From Escherichia coli (GTDB lineage: Bacteria > Pseudomonadota > Gammaproteobacteria > Enterobacterales > Enterobacteriaceae): a DNA stretch of 64,000 nt. Where the stretch lies: NCBI RefSeq assembly GCF_003019035.1, contig NZ_CP027447.1; one strand, written 5' to 3'. The position numbers and the translations under genes were made by a program. The notes below the pieces were generated by a model. The model worked only from the letters and a program-made list of their open reading frames with translations, ran no database searches and had not been told where the DNA came from. Positions 34,102 through 46,579 of the stretch are shown here, one piece after another. Position 1 is the first letter of the stretch. Each line of letters begins with the position of its first letter.

Positions 34102-35010
34102 ATGATGTTAAGTAAGAAAAACAGCGAGACGCTGGAAAATTTCAGTGAAAAGCTGGAGGTCGAAGGGCGCAGCTTGTGGCAGGACGCACGTCGACGTTTT
34201 ATGCATAACCGTGCGGCGGTTGCCAGTCTGATAGTGCTGGTGCTGATCGCGTTATTTGTCATCCTGGCACCGATGCTTTCGCAGTTTGCCTATGACGATA
34301 CTGACTGGGCGATGATGTCCAGCGCCCCGGATATGGAGTCCGGTCACTACTTTGGTACTGACTCATCTGGTCGCGACCTGCTTGTGCGCGTTGCGATTGG
34401 CGGGCGTATCTCACTCATGGTCGGTGTTGCTGCGGCACTGGTGGCAGTGGTCGTGGGGACACTTTATGGTTCGCTTTCCGGTTATCTGGGCGGTAAAGTG
34501 GATTCGGTAATGATGCGTCTGCTGGAAATCCTCAACTCCTTCCCATTCATGTTCTTCGTCATTTTGCTGGTGACCTTTTTCGGTCAAAACATCCTGCTGA
34601 TTTTCGTGGCGATTGGCATGGTTTCCTGGCTGGATATGGCTCGTATTGTGCGTGGGCAAACCCTGAGTCTGAAGCGCAAAGAGTTTATTGAGGCGGCACA
34701 AGTTGGCGGTGTATCGACGCCGGGCATTGTTATTCGCCACATTGTGCCGAACGTACTCGGTGTGGTGGTGGTCTACGCATCGCTTCTGGTGCCCAGCATG
34801 ATCCTCTTTGAATCTTTCCTTAGCTTCCTGGGGTTGGGGACGCAAGAGCCGTTAAGCAGCTGGGGCGCATTGCTGAGTGATGGCGCGAACTCGATGGAAG
34901 TCTCTCCATGGTTACTGTTGTTCCCAGCGGGATTCCTCGTGGTGACGCTATTTTGTTTCAACTTTATCGGCGATGGCTTGCGTGATGCCCTCGACCCGAA
35001 AGATCGTTAA
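34102..35010 (+). CDS. oppC: oligopeptide ABC transporter permease
   Basis: 302-aa membrane ORF. Confidence 0.95.
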   Translation: MMLSKKNSETLENFSEKLEVEGRSLWQDARRRFMHNRAAVASLIVLVLIALFVILAPMLSQFAYDDTDWAMMSSAPDMESGHYFGTDSSGRDLLVRVAIGGRISLMVGVAAALVAVVVGTLYGSLSGYLGGKVDSVMMRLLEILNSFPFMFFVILLVTFFGQNILLIFVAIGMVSWLDMARIVRGQTLSLKRKEFIEAAQVGGVSTPGIVIRHIVPNVLGVVVVYASLLVPSMILFESFLSFLGLGTQEPLSSWGALLSDGANSMEVSPWLLLFPAGFLVVTLFCFNFIGDGLRDALDPKDR

Positions 35011-35021
35011 GGAGTGCAGCC

Positions 35022-36035
35022 ATGAGCGTAATTGAAACTGCAACTGTGCCGCTCGCACAACAACAGGCTGACGCACTGCTGAACGTGAAAGATTTGCGTG
35101 TCACCTTTAGTACCCCGGACGGCGACGTCACGGCGGTCAATGATTTGAATTTTTCCCTACGTGCCGGAGAAACGCTGGGCATCGTAGGTGAGTCTGGTTC
35201 GGGCAAATCGCAAACCGCATTTGCGTTGATGGGCCTGTTGGCTGCCAACGGACGTATTGGCGGATCGGCAACCTTCAATGGGCGTGAAATCCTCAATTTG
35301 CCAGAGCGTGAACTCAATAAACTGCGAGCTGAACAAATCTCAATGATTTTTCAGGACCCAATGACTTCGTTGAATCCCTATATGCGCGTCGGTGAGCAGT
35401 TGATGGAAGTGCTGATGCTGCATAAGAACATGAGCAAAGCTGAGGCGTTTGAAGAGTCGGTGCGGATGCTCGATGCGGTAAAAATGCCGGAAGCGCGTAA
35501 ACGCATGAAAATGTATCCGCACGAATTTTCTGGCGGCATGCGTCAGCGAGTCATGATTGCGATGGCATTGCTATGTCGACCTAAGCTGCTGATTGCGGAT
35601 GAACCCACTACTGCGCTGGACGTCACCGTACAGGCGCAGATCATGACGCTATTGAATGAACTGAAGCGGGAATTTAATACCGCCATCATTATGATCACCC
35701 ACGATCTTGGCGTGGTGGCGGGGATCTGCGACAAAGTGCTGGTAATGTACGCCGGGCGCACGATGGAATATGGCAACGCGCGCGATGTCTTTTATCAACC
35801 CGTTCATCCTTATTCTATCGGTTTGCTCAACGCGGTGCCGCGTCTCGATGCGGAAGGTGAAACAATGTTGACCATCCCTGGTAATCCGCCAAACCTGCTG
35901 CGATTACCGAAAGGTTGCCCGTTCCAGCCACGTTGTCCGCATGCGATGGAAATTTGTAGTAGCGCACCGCCGCTGGAAGAGTTTACGCCTGGCCGTCTGC
36001 GTGCTTGCTTTAAACCGGTGGAGGAACTGTTATGA
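35022..36035 (+). CDS. oppD: oligopeptide ABC transporter ATP-binding protein
   Basis: 337-aa ORF with Walker A GESGSGKSQ and ABC signature LSGGMRQR. Confidence 0.95.
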   Translation: MSVIETATVPLAQQQADALLNVKDLRVTFSTPDGDVTAVNDLNFSLRAGETLGIVGESGSGKSQTAFALMGLLAANGRIGGSATFNGREILNLPERELNKLRAEQISMIFQDPMTSLNPYMRVGEQLMEVLMLHKNMSKAEAFEESVRMLDAVKMPEARKRMKMYPHEFSGGMRQRVMIAMALLCRPKLLIADEPTTALDVTVQAQIMTLLNELKREFNTAIIMITHDLGVVAGICDKVLVMYAGRTMEYGNARDVFYQPVHPYSIGLLNAVPRLDAEGETMLTIPGNPPNLLRLPKGCPFQPRCPHAMEICSSAPPLEEFTPGRLRACFKPVEELL

Positions 36036-37036
36036 ATGCTGTAACCGAAGGAAGAAAAGTCCTCCTCGAAATCGCCGATCTGAAAGTGCACTTTGAAATC
36101 AAAGATGGCAAACAGTGGTTCTGGCAACCACCGAAAACGCTCAAAGCCGTCGATGGTGTCACTCTTCGCCTGTATGAAGGGGAAACATTAGGTGTGGTAG
36201 GGGAATCGGGATGCGGTAAGTCCACCTTTGCTCGCGCCATCATCGGTTTGGTCAAGGCGACCGACGGTCATGTTGCATGGTTAGGTAAAGAGTTGCTGGG
36301 CATGAAGCCCGATGAATGGCGTGCCGTTCGCAGTGATATTCAGATGATTTTCCAGGATCCGTTGGCATCGCTAAACCCGCGTATGACCATCGGCGAGATT
36401 ATCGCTGAACCGCTGCGTACTTATCATCCGAAAATGTCACGCCAGGAAGTTCGCGAGCGCGTGAAAGCGATGATGCTGAAAGTCGGGTTATTGCCTAACC
36501 TGATTAACCGCTATCCGCATGAGTTCTCTGGTGGGCAGTGCCAGCGTATCGGGATTGCTCGTGCTCTTATTCTTGAACCGAAGCTGATTATCTGTGATGA
36601 GCCGGTGTCGGCGCTGGACGTGTCAATTCAGGCGCAGGTGGTCAACCTGCTCCAGCAGCTGCAACGCGAGATGGGATTGTCATTAATTTTTATCGCTCAC
36701 GACCTGGCCGTGGTAAAACACATTTCCGATCGTGTGCTGGTGATGTATCTCGGCCATGCGGTAGAACTGGGGACCTATGATGAGGTCTACCACAATCCAC
36801 TACATCCTTACACCAGGGCATTGATGTCGGCAGTCCCCATACCTGATCCGGATCTGGAGAAGAACAAAACCATCCAGTTACTGGAAGGGGAATTACCGTC
36901 GCCGATCAACCCGCCTTCCGGTTGTGTTTTCCGTACCCGTTGCCCGATTGCCGGTCCGGAGTGCGCCAAAACACGTCCTGTTCTGGAGGGGAGTTTCAGA
37001 CACGCCGTTTCTTGCCTGAAAGTCGATCCGCTTTAA
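36032..37036 (+). CDS. oppF: oligopeptide ABC transporter ATP-binding protein
   Basis: 334-aa ORF with Walker A GESGCGKST and signature FSGGQCQR; overlaps oppD stop. Confidence 0.95.
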   Translation: MNAVTEGRKVLLEIADLKVHFEIKDGKQWFWQPPKTLKAVDGVTLRLYEGETLGVVGESGCGKSTFARAIIGLVKATDGHVAWLGKELLGMKPDEWRAVRSDIQMIFQDPLASLNPRMTIGEIIAEPLRTYHPKMSRQEVRERVKAMMLKVGLLPNLINRYPHEFSGGQCQRIGIARALILEPKLIICDEPVSALDVSIQAQVVNLLQQLQREMGLSLIFIAHDLAVVKHISDRVLVMYLGHAVELGTYDEVYHNPLHPYTRALMSAVPIPDPDLEKNKTIQLLEGELPSPINPPSGCVFRTRCPIAGPECAKTRPVLEGSFRHAVSCLKVDPL

Positions 37037-37088
37037 ACACAATAAGGGCTGACAGTTGTCAGCCCTTTTTCACGCCGAAAGCGATTAT

Positions 37089-38913
<1,825 letters not shown>

Positions 38914-39055
38914 AGATTAGAAATCCTTTTGAAAGCGCATTGTTATGAGTTTACGCATATGGATTCATCTGGCAAATAAAAACGTGGGAAAAGCACTGGT
39001 CAGCGTCAGGGGCGGGGGTATAATGACCATTCTGTTGTTGCATAGAGTAGTTAAC

Positions 39056-39229
39056 ATGAAGCGGAGTAGAACGGAAGTGGGGCGCTGGCGCATGCAGCGT
39101 CAGGCTAGCCGACGTAAATCGCGTTGGCTTGAGGGGCAGTCGCGCCGAAATATGCGTATCCACAGCATCAGGAAGTGCATTCTAAACAAACAGCGTAACT
39201 CGTTATTGTTTGCGATCTACAATATCTAA
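39056..39229 (+). CDS. yciY: small basic protein YciY (57 aa)
   Basis: ATG at 39056 within ORF track 38945..39229; product MKRSRTEVGRWRMQRQASRRKSRWLEGQSRRNMRIHSIRKCILNKQRNSLLFAIYNI; located between cls and kch as the annotated yciY in E. coli. Confidence 0.5.
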   Translation: MKRSRTEVGRWRMQRQASRRKSRWLEGQSRRNMRIHSIRKCILNKQRNSLLFAIYNI

Positions 39230-39283
39230 ATGTACTGGGCACCATTGCGGTGCCCAATAAGTTTACTTTTCCGTCTTTAAACT

Positions 39284-40537
39284 CTATTTTTGCGCCGATT
39301 CTTTACTTTCAGCTTTCGTTTCTTGTTCATCGTTATCGCTGAAAATGCCATGACCGGAGTTCAACAACATTGAAACGAGCATATCATTATTAATCTCTTC
39401 ACCATTTAAAACTCGCGCCAGAATTTCGCTGCCAAACAGTTGTGGTGAGAGAATAATATCCGGATGTACCATCTTAATCTTATTCAGGTTTTTGCTATCA
39501 CTGACGGCGAGAACTGTTTTGACATCACTGCTCATATCTTTTGCTGAGAGTACAACAAACGCGTTATCTGCATCGTTATCACTCAGCGCCAGAATGGCCC
39601 GGCAACGATCGATTCCCGCTTTCTTTAACACTGAACTGTCATTACTGTCACCGGGGATAACATCGGCGTTATCGCCTAAGCGTTGCTCAAGTTGCTTGAT
39701 ATCATCTTCAGGCAAGTTGCTGATAACCGTTACGTTTTGTCCGCGTTGATTCAGTTGCAGAATCGTATTGATGGCGAGAATCGAATGTCCGCAAACAATA
39801 AAATGATCTTTACGATGCATTGTATGATTGTTTCCTTTTACAAGTTTGTTGAATCCCCCGCGGATAAGCGGACCAAAAATTGAGGTCATAGAGGTGGCAA
39901 AAACGGTAATGCCGGAAATAATGACCGAAATAGTGAACAATCGTGCTGATTCAGAAACAGGGACAATATCGCCATAGCCGACGGTTGACATGGTTTCTAT
40001 CGAAAAATAGAACGCGGTCATCAAACTTTCTATTCGCGGATTAAAACCTTCGCTTAAATAAAGCGCACCGTAGGTGGAGTAAAACAGTAACGTCGTGAAA
40101 CTAATAAATGCGAAAATTGTCCCGGCTGCGGCGCTACTGTGGGAGAAGTCTTTGCGCAGTATCAGCAAAAACACCAGCGTAAAAATGCAAAATCCAATAC
40201 TAAATTTCAGCCAGGGATAAAAATGCAGAGTGTAAATTAGCGCTATCAACAACAAAATGATACTGATTGCCCATGCGAGCTTTGCCCGGAACAGTAAGCC
40301 AATGGAGTTCAGGACAAGAAATACGCCGAGCATAAATAGTGGGGCGTTTGCCAGCAAGGAGAGATCCAGCTCTGAAAATGCTTTGATATGGAAAATATCA
40401 AGCAAATTGACTGACATACCATAGATTGTTTTAAAAATAAGCAATCCATTTAAAAAGACGGCCAGCGCGAGAATGTCGTGCCGTAGGGTCACCCATAACT
40501 TTGTTGCTGTTTGTTTGAATGTAGTCCAGTGACTCAC
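39284..40537 (-). CDS. kch: voltage-gated K+ channel Kch (with RCK domain)
   Basis: ORF track 39284..40555 trimmed to GTG 40537 (417 aa); K+ selectivity filter TVGYGD and C-terminal RCK/TrkA domain. Confidence 0.92.
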   Translation of the reverse strand: MSHWTTFKQTATKLWVTLRHDILALAVFLNGLLIFKTIYGMSVNLLDIFHIKAFSELDLSLLANAPLFMLGVFLVLNSIGLLFRAKLAWAISIILLLIALIYTLHFYPWLKFSIGFCIFTLVFLLILRKDFSHSSAAAGTIFAFISFTTLLFYSTYGALYLSEGFNPRIESLMTAFYFSIETMSTVGYGDIVPVSESARLFTISVIISGITVFATSMTSIFGPLIRGGFNKLVKGNNHTMHRKDHFIVCGHSILAINTILQLNQRGQNVTVISNLPEDDIKQLEQRLGDNADVIPGDSNDSSVLKKAGIDRCRAILALSDNDADNAFVVLSAKDMSSDVKTVLAVSDSKNLNKIKMVHPDIILSPQLFGSEILARVLNGEEINNDMLVSMLLNSGHGIFSDNDEQETKAESKESAQK

Positions 40538-40836
40538 TGATACCTCTGTAACCACAATTTTGTTTAATTATCTCAACGTGCACATTTTCTGAACATACAT
40601 GCAGCGCGTGAATGTGTTAAACAATAGTAGATGACTTTATCCGCAGTAATCAAAGGTTTTGAGTGAGCAACTCTGCGTCAGGAAAGGGCATTTTCCTGAA
40701 TATGTTCACATCATATAAAGAAATACAGATAAAGTTATTATCTGCTTGTGGTGGTGAATGCACTGACCGACCTATAAGGAAAGGCCAAACAAGAACACGG
40801 TTGCAAAAACCGTGCCCTTAAATATTGAATTTCTAT

Positions 40837-41130
40837 TCAGAACACTTTCTTAAATGGTTTCACTGAAACGTGTTCATAGACTCCTGCCGCTACGTACGGG
40901 TCAGCATCGGCCCAGGCCTGAGCTGCTTCCAGCGACTCAAATTCAGCAATAACGGTTGAGCCAGTAAATCCCGCAGCCCCTGGATCGTTACTGTCTACCG
41001 CTGGCATTGGACCGGCGGTCAACAAACGACCTTCATCATGCAGTAACTGTAAACGTGCTAAATGTGCCGGACGAACGGAAAGGCGTTTTTCGAGGCTATC
41101 AGCTTTGTCTTGAGCGTAAATAACATACAA
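40837..41130 (-). CDS. yciI: YciI-like protein (Dabb fold)
   Basis: ORF track 40837..41229 trimmed to TTG 41130 ([34 protein letters not shown]...). Confidence 0.85.
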
Positions 41131-41356
41131 CACAGGCACAACTCCTTGTTCGGGAAAGTTGTAAAGTACGTTATTTGAAAGGGCGAAGATCTGCAACGGA
41201 AAGATGATGTCTTTGTTAAGACCATGCATAAAGTAAGGTCAATTACGCCAAAAATGACATTTTCACTGATCCTGATCGTCTTGCCTTATTGAATATGATT
41301 GCTATTTGCATTTAAAATCGGGGCCTGGTTTTTCTACTGAAATGATTATGACTTCA

Positions 41357-42076
41357 ATGACCCTTGATTTACCTCGCCGCTTCCCCTGGCCGACGTTACT
41401 TTCGGTCTGCATTCATGGTGTTGTTGTGGCGGGTTTGCTCTATACCTCGGTACATCAGGTTATTGAACTACCTGCGCCCGCGCAGCCGATTTCTGTCACG
41501 ATGGTTGCGCCAGCGGATCTCGAACCGCCACAAGCCGTTCAACCACCACCGGAGCCGGTGGTAGAGCCAGAACCGGAACCTGAGCCGATCCCCGAACCGC
41601 CAAAAGAAGCACCGGTGGTCATTGAAAAGCCGAAGCCGAAACCTAAGCCAAAACCGAAGCCGGTGAAAAAGGTACAGGAGCAGCCAAAACGCGATGTCAA
41701 ACCCGTAGAGTCGCGTCCGGCATCACCGTTTGAAAATACGGCACCCGCGCGCCCGACATCAAGTACGGCAACGGCTGCAACCAGCAAGCCGGTTACCAGT
41801 GTGGCTTCAGGACCACGCGCATTAAGCCGTAATCAGCCGCAGTATCCGGCACGAGCACAGGCATTGCGCATTGAAGGGCAGGTTAAAGTTAAATTTGATG
41901 TCACGCCAGATGGTCGCGTGGATAACGTACAAATCCTCTCAGCCAAGCCTGCAAACATGTTTGAGCGTGAGGTGAAAAATGCGATGCGCAGATGGCGTTA
42001 TGAGCCGGGTAAGCCAGGCAGTGGGATTGTGGTGAATATCCTGTTTAAAATTAACGGCACCACCGAAATTCAGTAA
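41357..42076 (+). CDS. tonB: TonB energy transducer
   Basis: ORF track 41306..42076 trimmed to ATG 41357 ([21 protein letters not shown]...), 239 aa; Pro-rich (EP)n/(KP)n spacer. Confidence 0.95.
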   Translation: MTLDLPRRFPWPTLLSVCIHGVVVAGLLYTSVHQVIELPAPAQPISVTMVAPADLEPPQAVQPPPEPVVEPEPEPEPIPEPPKEAPVVIEKPKPKPKPKPKPVKKVQEQPKRDVKPVESRPASPFENTAPARPTSSTATAATSKPVTSVASGPRALSRNQPQYPARAQALRIEGQVKVKFDVTPDGRVDNVQILSAKPANMFEREVKNAMRRWRYEPGKPGSGIVVNILFKINGTTEIQ

Positions 42077-42115
42077 ACAGAAAGTCAAAAGCCTCCGACC
42101 GGAGGCTTTTGATTA

Positions 42116-42514
42116 TTACTCAACAGGTAAGGCGCGAGGTTTTCCTTCGGGATCAACCGCGACATACTTAAATAATGCTTCTGTTGCTTTATAGCGTTGC
42201 CCGATGGGTTCAGACGCCACTTTTTTCACCCACACTTCAATATTAATGCTGACTGATGTCGTCCCTTTCTGGACACAGCGTGCATAGCAGCACACCACAT
42301 CGCCGACCGCAACCGGCCGTAAGAAAGTCATTCCTTCAACCCGCACGGTCACTACACGACCGTGGGCAATTTCTTTCGCCAGAATAGCGCCGCCAATATC
42401 CATTTGTGACATTAACCAACCACCAAAGATGTCACCATTGGCATTGGTATCGGCGGGCATGGCTAAAGTACGTAAAACAAGATCGCCCTGAGGGACGTTA
42501 TGTGTTGTAGACAT
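42116..42514 (-). CDS. yciA: acyl-CoA thioesterase YciA
   Basis: 132-aa hotdog-fold ORF. Confidence 0.9.
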   Translation of the reverse strand: MSTTHNVPQGDLVLRTLAMPADTNANGDIFGGWLMSQMDIGGAILAKEIAHGRVVTVRVEGMTFLRPVAVGDVVCCYARCVQKGTTSVSINIEVWVKKVASEPIGQRYKATEALFKYVAVDPEGKPRALPVE

Positions 42515-42618
42515 GGTAAAACCGACTTAAAAGGAAAATCACAGGCGCGATGCTACTATGATTTTCCTGAGGAGAACAGAGGAGATACAGCGCCAGCCCC
42601 GAAGGACTGGCAGTCTGG

Positions 42619-43158
42619 TTAGGATTTATCTTCCTGCGGCATGTGGCGGTAGATATAGATACCGCTTAACAATGTGAAGATTAAGGTAAGGGCGGTCAGG
42701 CCAAAGACTTTAAAGTTGACCCAAATATTTTGCGGCAGCCAGAATGCGATGTAGATGTTTGCCAGACCGCAAAGGATAAAGAAAACAGCCCAGGCCAGAT
42801 TCAGCTTCGACCATACCGGTTGCGGCAGGGTGAGTTCTTTACCCAGCATCCGCTGAATTAGCGGCTTTTTCATCACCCATTGGCTGACTAACAGGGCACC
42901 TGCAAACAGGGCATAAATGACAGTAACCTTCCATTTAATAAACTCATCATTGTGGAAGAACAGGGTCAAGCCACCGAAGACGACCACCAGAACAAAAGTG
43001 ATCAGGGCCATCTTCTCAACCTTACGAAAGCGAACCCAGCTATATATAAGCACAATCGCCGTGGCGACGATCAGCGCCGCAGTAGCCGCATAGATGTCAT
43101 AAATCTTGTAAAACGCGAAAAAGACAACCAGCGGTAAAAAATCAAGAAACTGCTTCAT
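42619..43158 (-). CDS. yciB: intracellular septation protein YciB
   Basis: 179-aa polytopic membrane [26 protein letters not shown]... Confidence 0.9.
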   Translation of the reverse strand: MKQFLDFLPLVVFFAFYKIYDIYAATAALIVATAIVLIYSWVRFRKVEKMALITFVLVVVFGGLTLFFHNDEFIKWKVTVIYALFAGALLVSQWVMKKPLIQRMLGKELTLPQPVWSKLNLAWAVFFILCGLANIYIAFWLPQNIWVNFKVFGLTALTLIFTLLSGIYIYRHMPQEDKS

Positions 43159-43187
43159 TTTACGATTCCGTAATCAAATGCTTAAGG

Positions 43188-43931
43188 TTATTGGCGAATC
43201 AACATATACAGGCGGAACAGATAGATGAGCAGTACGGCTGAAATCAGGTTGCTCAAGGTGTTCGCCAGTACGGCACCAATTTCCGGGGTTAATGCGGCAA
43301 AAGAAGAGGCAAAAAGCAGCAACAGTGTTTTTGCCAGCAACCAGCTCAGTACTGCGGGTGCCACCAGACGCATATTCGCCCAAGTCAGCCGCATACTGCT
43401 ACGCATCGAGGCAAAAACGCCCATTTTGTCCTGTACCAACATCACCGGTGCCAGGGCCAGTAAAATGGCCATGATAATTCCCGGAACGACCACCAGCATG
43501 ATGCCAATCTGTACTAAAAGGGTAGTCAGAAAAATCAGAATAAATAACTTTGGCAATATCGGCGCACTGGCACCAATAGCTCGAAGCGCACTGACTCTCT
43601 GACCCGCAGACACCAGCTGGATAATTAATATTACGCCTCCGGCGAGAATGGCGTTACCGATTAATCCTGAAAAAGTGGACGCCGCTGAAGCCTGCAGCAA
43701 AATTTGTTGCTGTTCAGGTGACATATTCTGAACCAGGTCGAACAACCCACTACTGCCGCTAACGGGCACGCCGTCATTGAGCTGCGCAAGCTGTGCATCA
43801 CTGGGTGAGAAAACATGCCCTAACACCACTGTGATAAACGCACATAGCAACGATACCAACAGAATGGTCATAAATTGATTACGGAAGAAATTTCCGGTGT
43901 CACGGTATACGGACTGCGCCGTGATAGACAT
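43188..43931 (-). CDS. yciC: inner-membrane protein YciC (UPF0259)
   Basis: 247-aa hydrophobic ORF. Confidence 0.9.
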   Translation of the reverse strand: MSITAQSVYRDTGNFFRNQFMTILLVSLLCAFITVVLGHVFSPSDAQLAQLNDGVPVSGSSGLFDLVQNMSPEQQQILLQASAASTFSGLIGNAILAGGVILIIQLVSAGQRVSALRAIGASAPILPKLFILIFLTTLLVQIGIMLVVVPGIIMAILLALAPVMLVQDKMGVFASMRSSMRLTWANMRLVAPAVLSWLLAKTLLLLFASSFAALTPEIGAVLANTLSNLISAVLLIYLFRLYMLIRQ

Positions 43932-44125
43932 GCACTCTCCTTGAGTTTTATGCAGGTGTTAATTAGCGGGCAATTGTACCCTGGTTAAGCCTCGGGTGGC
44001 AGCATCAGGTCTTGTATGGAAAAGCATATCTTTGTAAAGCGGAGGTAATAGCTGGCCTTCAGGCGTGGGCAAACCGCGGCAAGTGGCGAGCGAGTTAATA
44101 TTTGCGTAGCGAAAATATTTAAAAA

Positions 44126-44139
44126 TTGATTTAAATCAC
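44126..44139 (+). promoter_or_regulatory. FNR-like site (TTGATTTAAATCAC) upstream of ompW
   Basis: Matches TTGAT-N4-ATCAA with one mismatch; ompW is a known anaerobically induced gene. Confidence 0.4.
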
Positions 44140-44287
44140 ATTAACCAGGATTCTCAATGCAACTTCTAAATTAATCCAGATCAATAAAGGGTGAATTACC
44201 ATATGTAATGTGATCTGTGTAGGATCATTTGTTACCCCAATGTGGGTATATTCGTCACGTTTTTATAACCATAACGACGGAGCGGAT

Positions 44288-44926
44288 ATGAAAAAGTTAA
44301 CAGTGGCGGCTTTGGCAGTAACAACTCTTCTCTCTGGCAGTGCCTTTGCGCATGAAGCAGGCGAATTTTTTATGCGTGCAGGTTCTGCAACCGTACGTCC
44401 AACAGAAGGTGCTGGTGGTACGTTAGGAAGTCTGGGTGGATTCAGCGTGACCAATAACACGCAACTGGGCCTGACGTTTACTTATATGGCGACCGATAAC
44501 ATTGGTGTGGAATTGCTGGCAGCGACGCCGTTCCGCCATAAAATCGGCACCCGGGCGACCGGCGATATTGCAACCGTTCATCATCTGCCGCCAACACTGA
44601 TGGCGCAGTGGTATTTTGGTGATGCCAGCAGCAAATTCCGTCCTTACGTTGGGGCAGGTATTAACTACACCACCTTCTTTGATAATGGATTTAACGATCA
44701 TGGCAAAGAGGCGGGGCTTTCCGATCTCAGTCTGAAAGATTCCTGGGGAGCTGCCGGGCAGGTGGGGGTTGATTATCTGATTAACCGTGACTGGTTGGTT
44801 AACATGTCAGTGTGGTACATGGATATCGATACCACCGCCAATTATAAACTGGGCGGTGCACAGCAACACGATAGCGTACGCCTCGATCCGTGGGTGTTTA
44901 TGTTCTCAGCAGGATATCGTTTTTAA
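44288..44926 (+). CDS. ompW: outer membrane protein W
   Basis: ORF track 44210..44926 trimmed to ATG 44288 (MKKLTVAALAVTTLLSGSAFA signal peptide), 212 aa; C-terminal F (aromatic) beta-barrel terminus. Confidence 0.95.
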   Translation: MKKLTVAALAVTTLLSGSAFAHEAGEFFMRAGSATVRPTEGAGGTLGSLGGFSVTNNTQLGLTFTYMATDNIGVELLAATPFRHKIGTRATGDIATVHHLPPTLMAQWYFGDASSKFRPYVGAGINYTTFFDNGFNDHGKEAGLSDLSLKDSWGAAGQVGVDYLINRDWLVNMSVWYMDIDTTANYKLGGAQQHDSVRLDPWVFMFSAGYRF

Positions 44927-44985
44927 TTCCGCACAAAAACGACCCCGTAATATACGGGGTCAATAAGGACATGGTATAAAGGGTA

Positions 44986-45492
44986 TTATTTCTTCGCTTC
45001 TACGCCATCAGTTTCAGAGCGAATTAAAAATTTCTCAGTTGTTTGCGGAATATGCTGAATCAGCCAGTCGGCCATTTCTTTTTCCTCATTTAAAATCGCT
45101 TCGATGGTTGGAATTGAAGCTGTATCACCGGCATTTTTTGCTGCTGCTAATAGTGAGGTGTAACAGGCGATTTCAAATTGCTCGAAGACATATCCGCTAA
45201 TAGAGCCTTTGACTATTTCATCAGAAGGGAATATACCACCGATTGACTGCCCAAGCGCAGCCATTTTACTCATGGAATCTTTAATGACTGAACGTGAAAT
45301 GTCATTACGATCAAGAATAGTTTCCAGTTGAACAATCTGGTTTTTGGTTTCACTAAGATGTTGTTCAATACGAGCGCGTAGTTCAGGATAATTATCTATA
45401 CGGCTGGCCATGGATTCAAGCATAGATTCGGCTTGCTTTTCCATTGCATGGGCGTCACGTAACCAGTCATGATAATGTTCAATACGATTCAT
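44986..45492 (-). CDS. yciE: ferritin-like DUF892 protein YciE
   Basis: 168-aa ORF MNRIEHYHDWLRDAHAMEKQAESMLESMASRIDNYPELR... Confidence 0.9.
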   Translation of the reverse strand: MNRIEHYHDWLRDAHAMEKQAESMLESMASRIDNYPELRARIEQHLSETKNQIVQLETILDRNDISRSVIKDSMSKMAALGQSIGGIFPSDEIVKGSISGYVFEQFEIACYTSLLAAAKNAGDTASIPTIEAILNEEKEMADWLIQHIPQTTEKFLIRSETDGVEAKK

Positions 45493-45537
45493 GAAAATGT
45501 CCTCTTTATAAAATGACTAAAAGTTAAAGTTCATATT

Positions 45538-45934
45538 TCAGGCTTTATTTTCGGCTTTCTTATTTACGTTATTAAGGGCCAGATCAGTCAGTTTGATGTC
45601 GGTGGCCTTTTCTTCTTCAAGAGTTTCTTTCAGAAGCTTAGCTGCTTTACGGTAACCTAATTGTTCAGCCAGCGTCGCTAATGTCCCGTAACTGGCAATC
45701 TCATAATGCTCGACTTTCTGTGCTGCGGCAATCAGTGCGACATCACGCACTTCGTTTTTCTCGGTACTTTCGATGACCTCATTAGCTTCTTCAATAAGAC
45801 CTTCCATTGCCACACAATTTTTCGTTTGATGTTGCTCTTGCGAGTTTTGCCAGTGCACGGGTTAATTGTTTTTCTGCACTGTAGGTATCTGAAAGCAGGT
45901 GAATAAATACATCTTCAATGGTCTTCATATTCAT
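45538..45934 (-). pseudogene. yciF: yciF (DUF892 paralog of yciE) apparently disrupted by a frameshifting internal deletion
   Basis: N-terminal segment [40 protein letters not shown] (start 45934) runs into stop after CGNGRSY; C-terminal segment ...[43 protein letters not shown]... continues in the +1 frame to 45538; joined product ~30 residues shorter than paralog YciE across the same aligned region. Confidence 0.6.
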
Positions 45935-46019
45935 ATTTTTCTCCAGTGAAATCACTGCGAGCCATACGGCCCGCAGATGCAATTATCTTTATCAGCTGAT
46001 ATTAATAATTAACGGTGAA

Positions 46020-46199
46020 TCAGGATTTTCCTGATTTATTACCACCGCTTTGTTGACCGCCTTTTTTACCTGCTTCGGATGCGCGTTGCGGATCATTTTT
46101 AAAATTACCGCCGCTATGCTGACCGCCTTTACGGCCTACGTCGGATGCCTTCTCACGGTCTTCGGCGAAATTTCCTGAACCACCACGATGTTCGGCCAT
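46020..46199 (-). CDS. yciG: KGG-repeat stress-induced protein YciG
   Basis: ORF track 46020..46256 trimmed to ATG 46199 (MAEHRGGSGNFAEDREKASDVGRKGGQHSGGNF...), 59 aa with repeated KGGQ motifs. Confidence 0.85.
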   Translation of the reverse strand: MAEHRGGSGNFAEDREKASDVGRKGGQHSGGNFKNDPQRASEAGKKGGQQSGGNKSGKS

Positions 46200-46579
46200 G
46201 TTATTTCTCCCGTTGCGTTGCATTGTTTGATTAATATGAGTGTTGTGTGTTGACACTCATTAAAATTAGTCGCAAATGAGTATTAGTCAAATTAAGCGTA
46301 ACGAGAAAAAAGAGGGAAAATATATTTTGAGGAACATTCTGGATATATTAACAATTGCCTGAGGAATAAGTGACTTAGAGAAAATTATTGATTTTACTGG
46401 TGTTATGTTGCGGGATTAATTTGTTTGATTATATTACTGTTGGGCGGAAAAATGACGTAAGTTGACGTTCGACAGGGGTAAACGAAACGGTAGAAAGATA
46501 AATATTAAATGAATTTAGGATTTTTCCGGCTTCGTTAAAGAAAGTTAAAATGCCGCCAGCGGAACTGGCGGCTGTGGGA

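Noticed and set aside
41539-41787. Gly/Ser-rich 82-aa minus-strand ORF and apparent repeat within tonB
   Set aside because: It is the antisense mirror of the Pro-rich (EP)n/(KP)n linker of tonB and not an independent gene or repeat element.
45791-45982. 63-aa minus-strand ORF upstream of yciF as an independent small gene
   Set aside because: Its first 16 residues are read-through from an upstream in-frame start; the functional part is the normal YciF N-terminus, so it is treated as the 5' fragment of a disrupted yciF.
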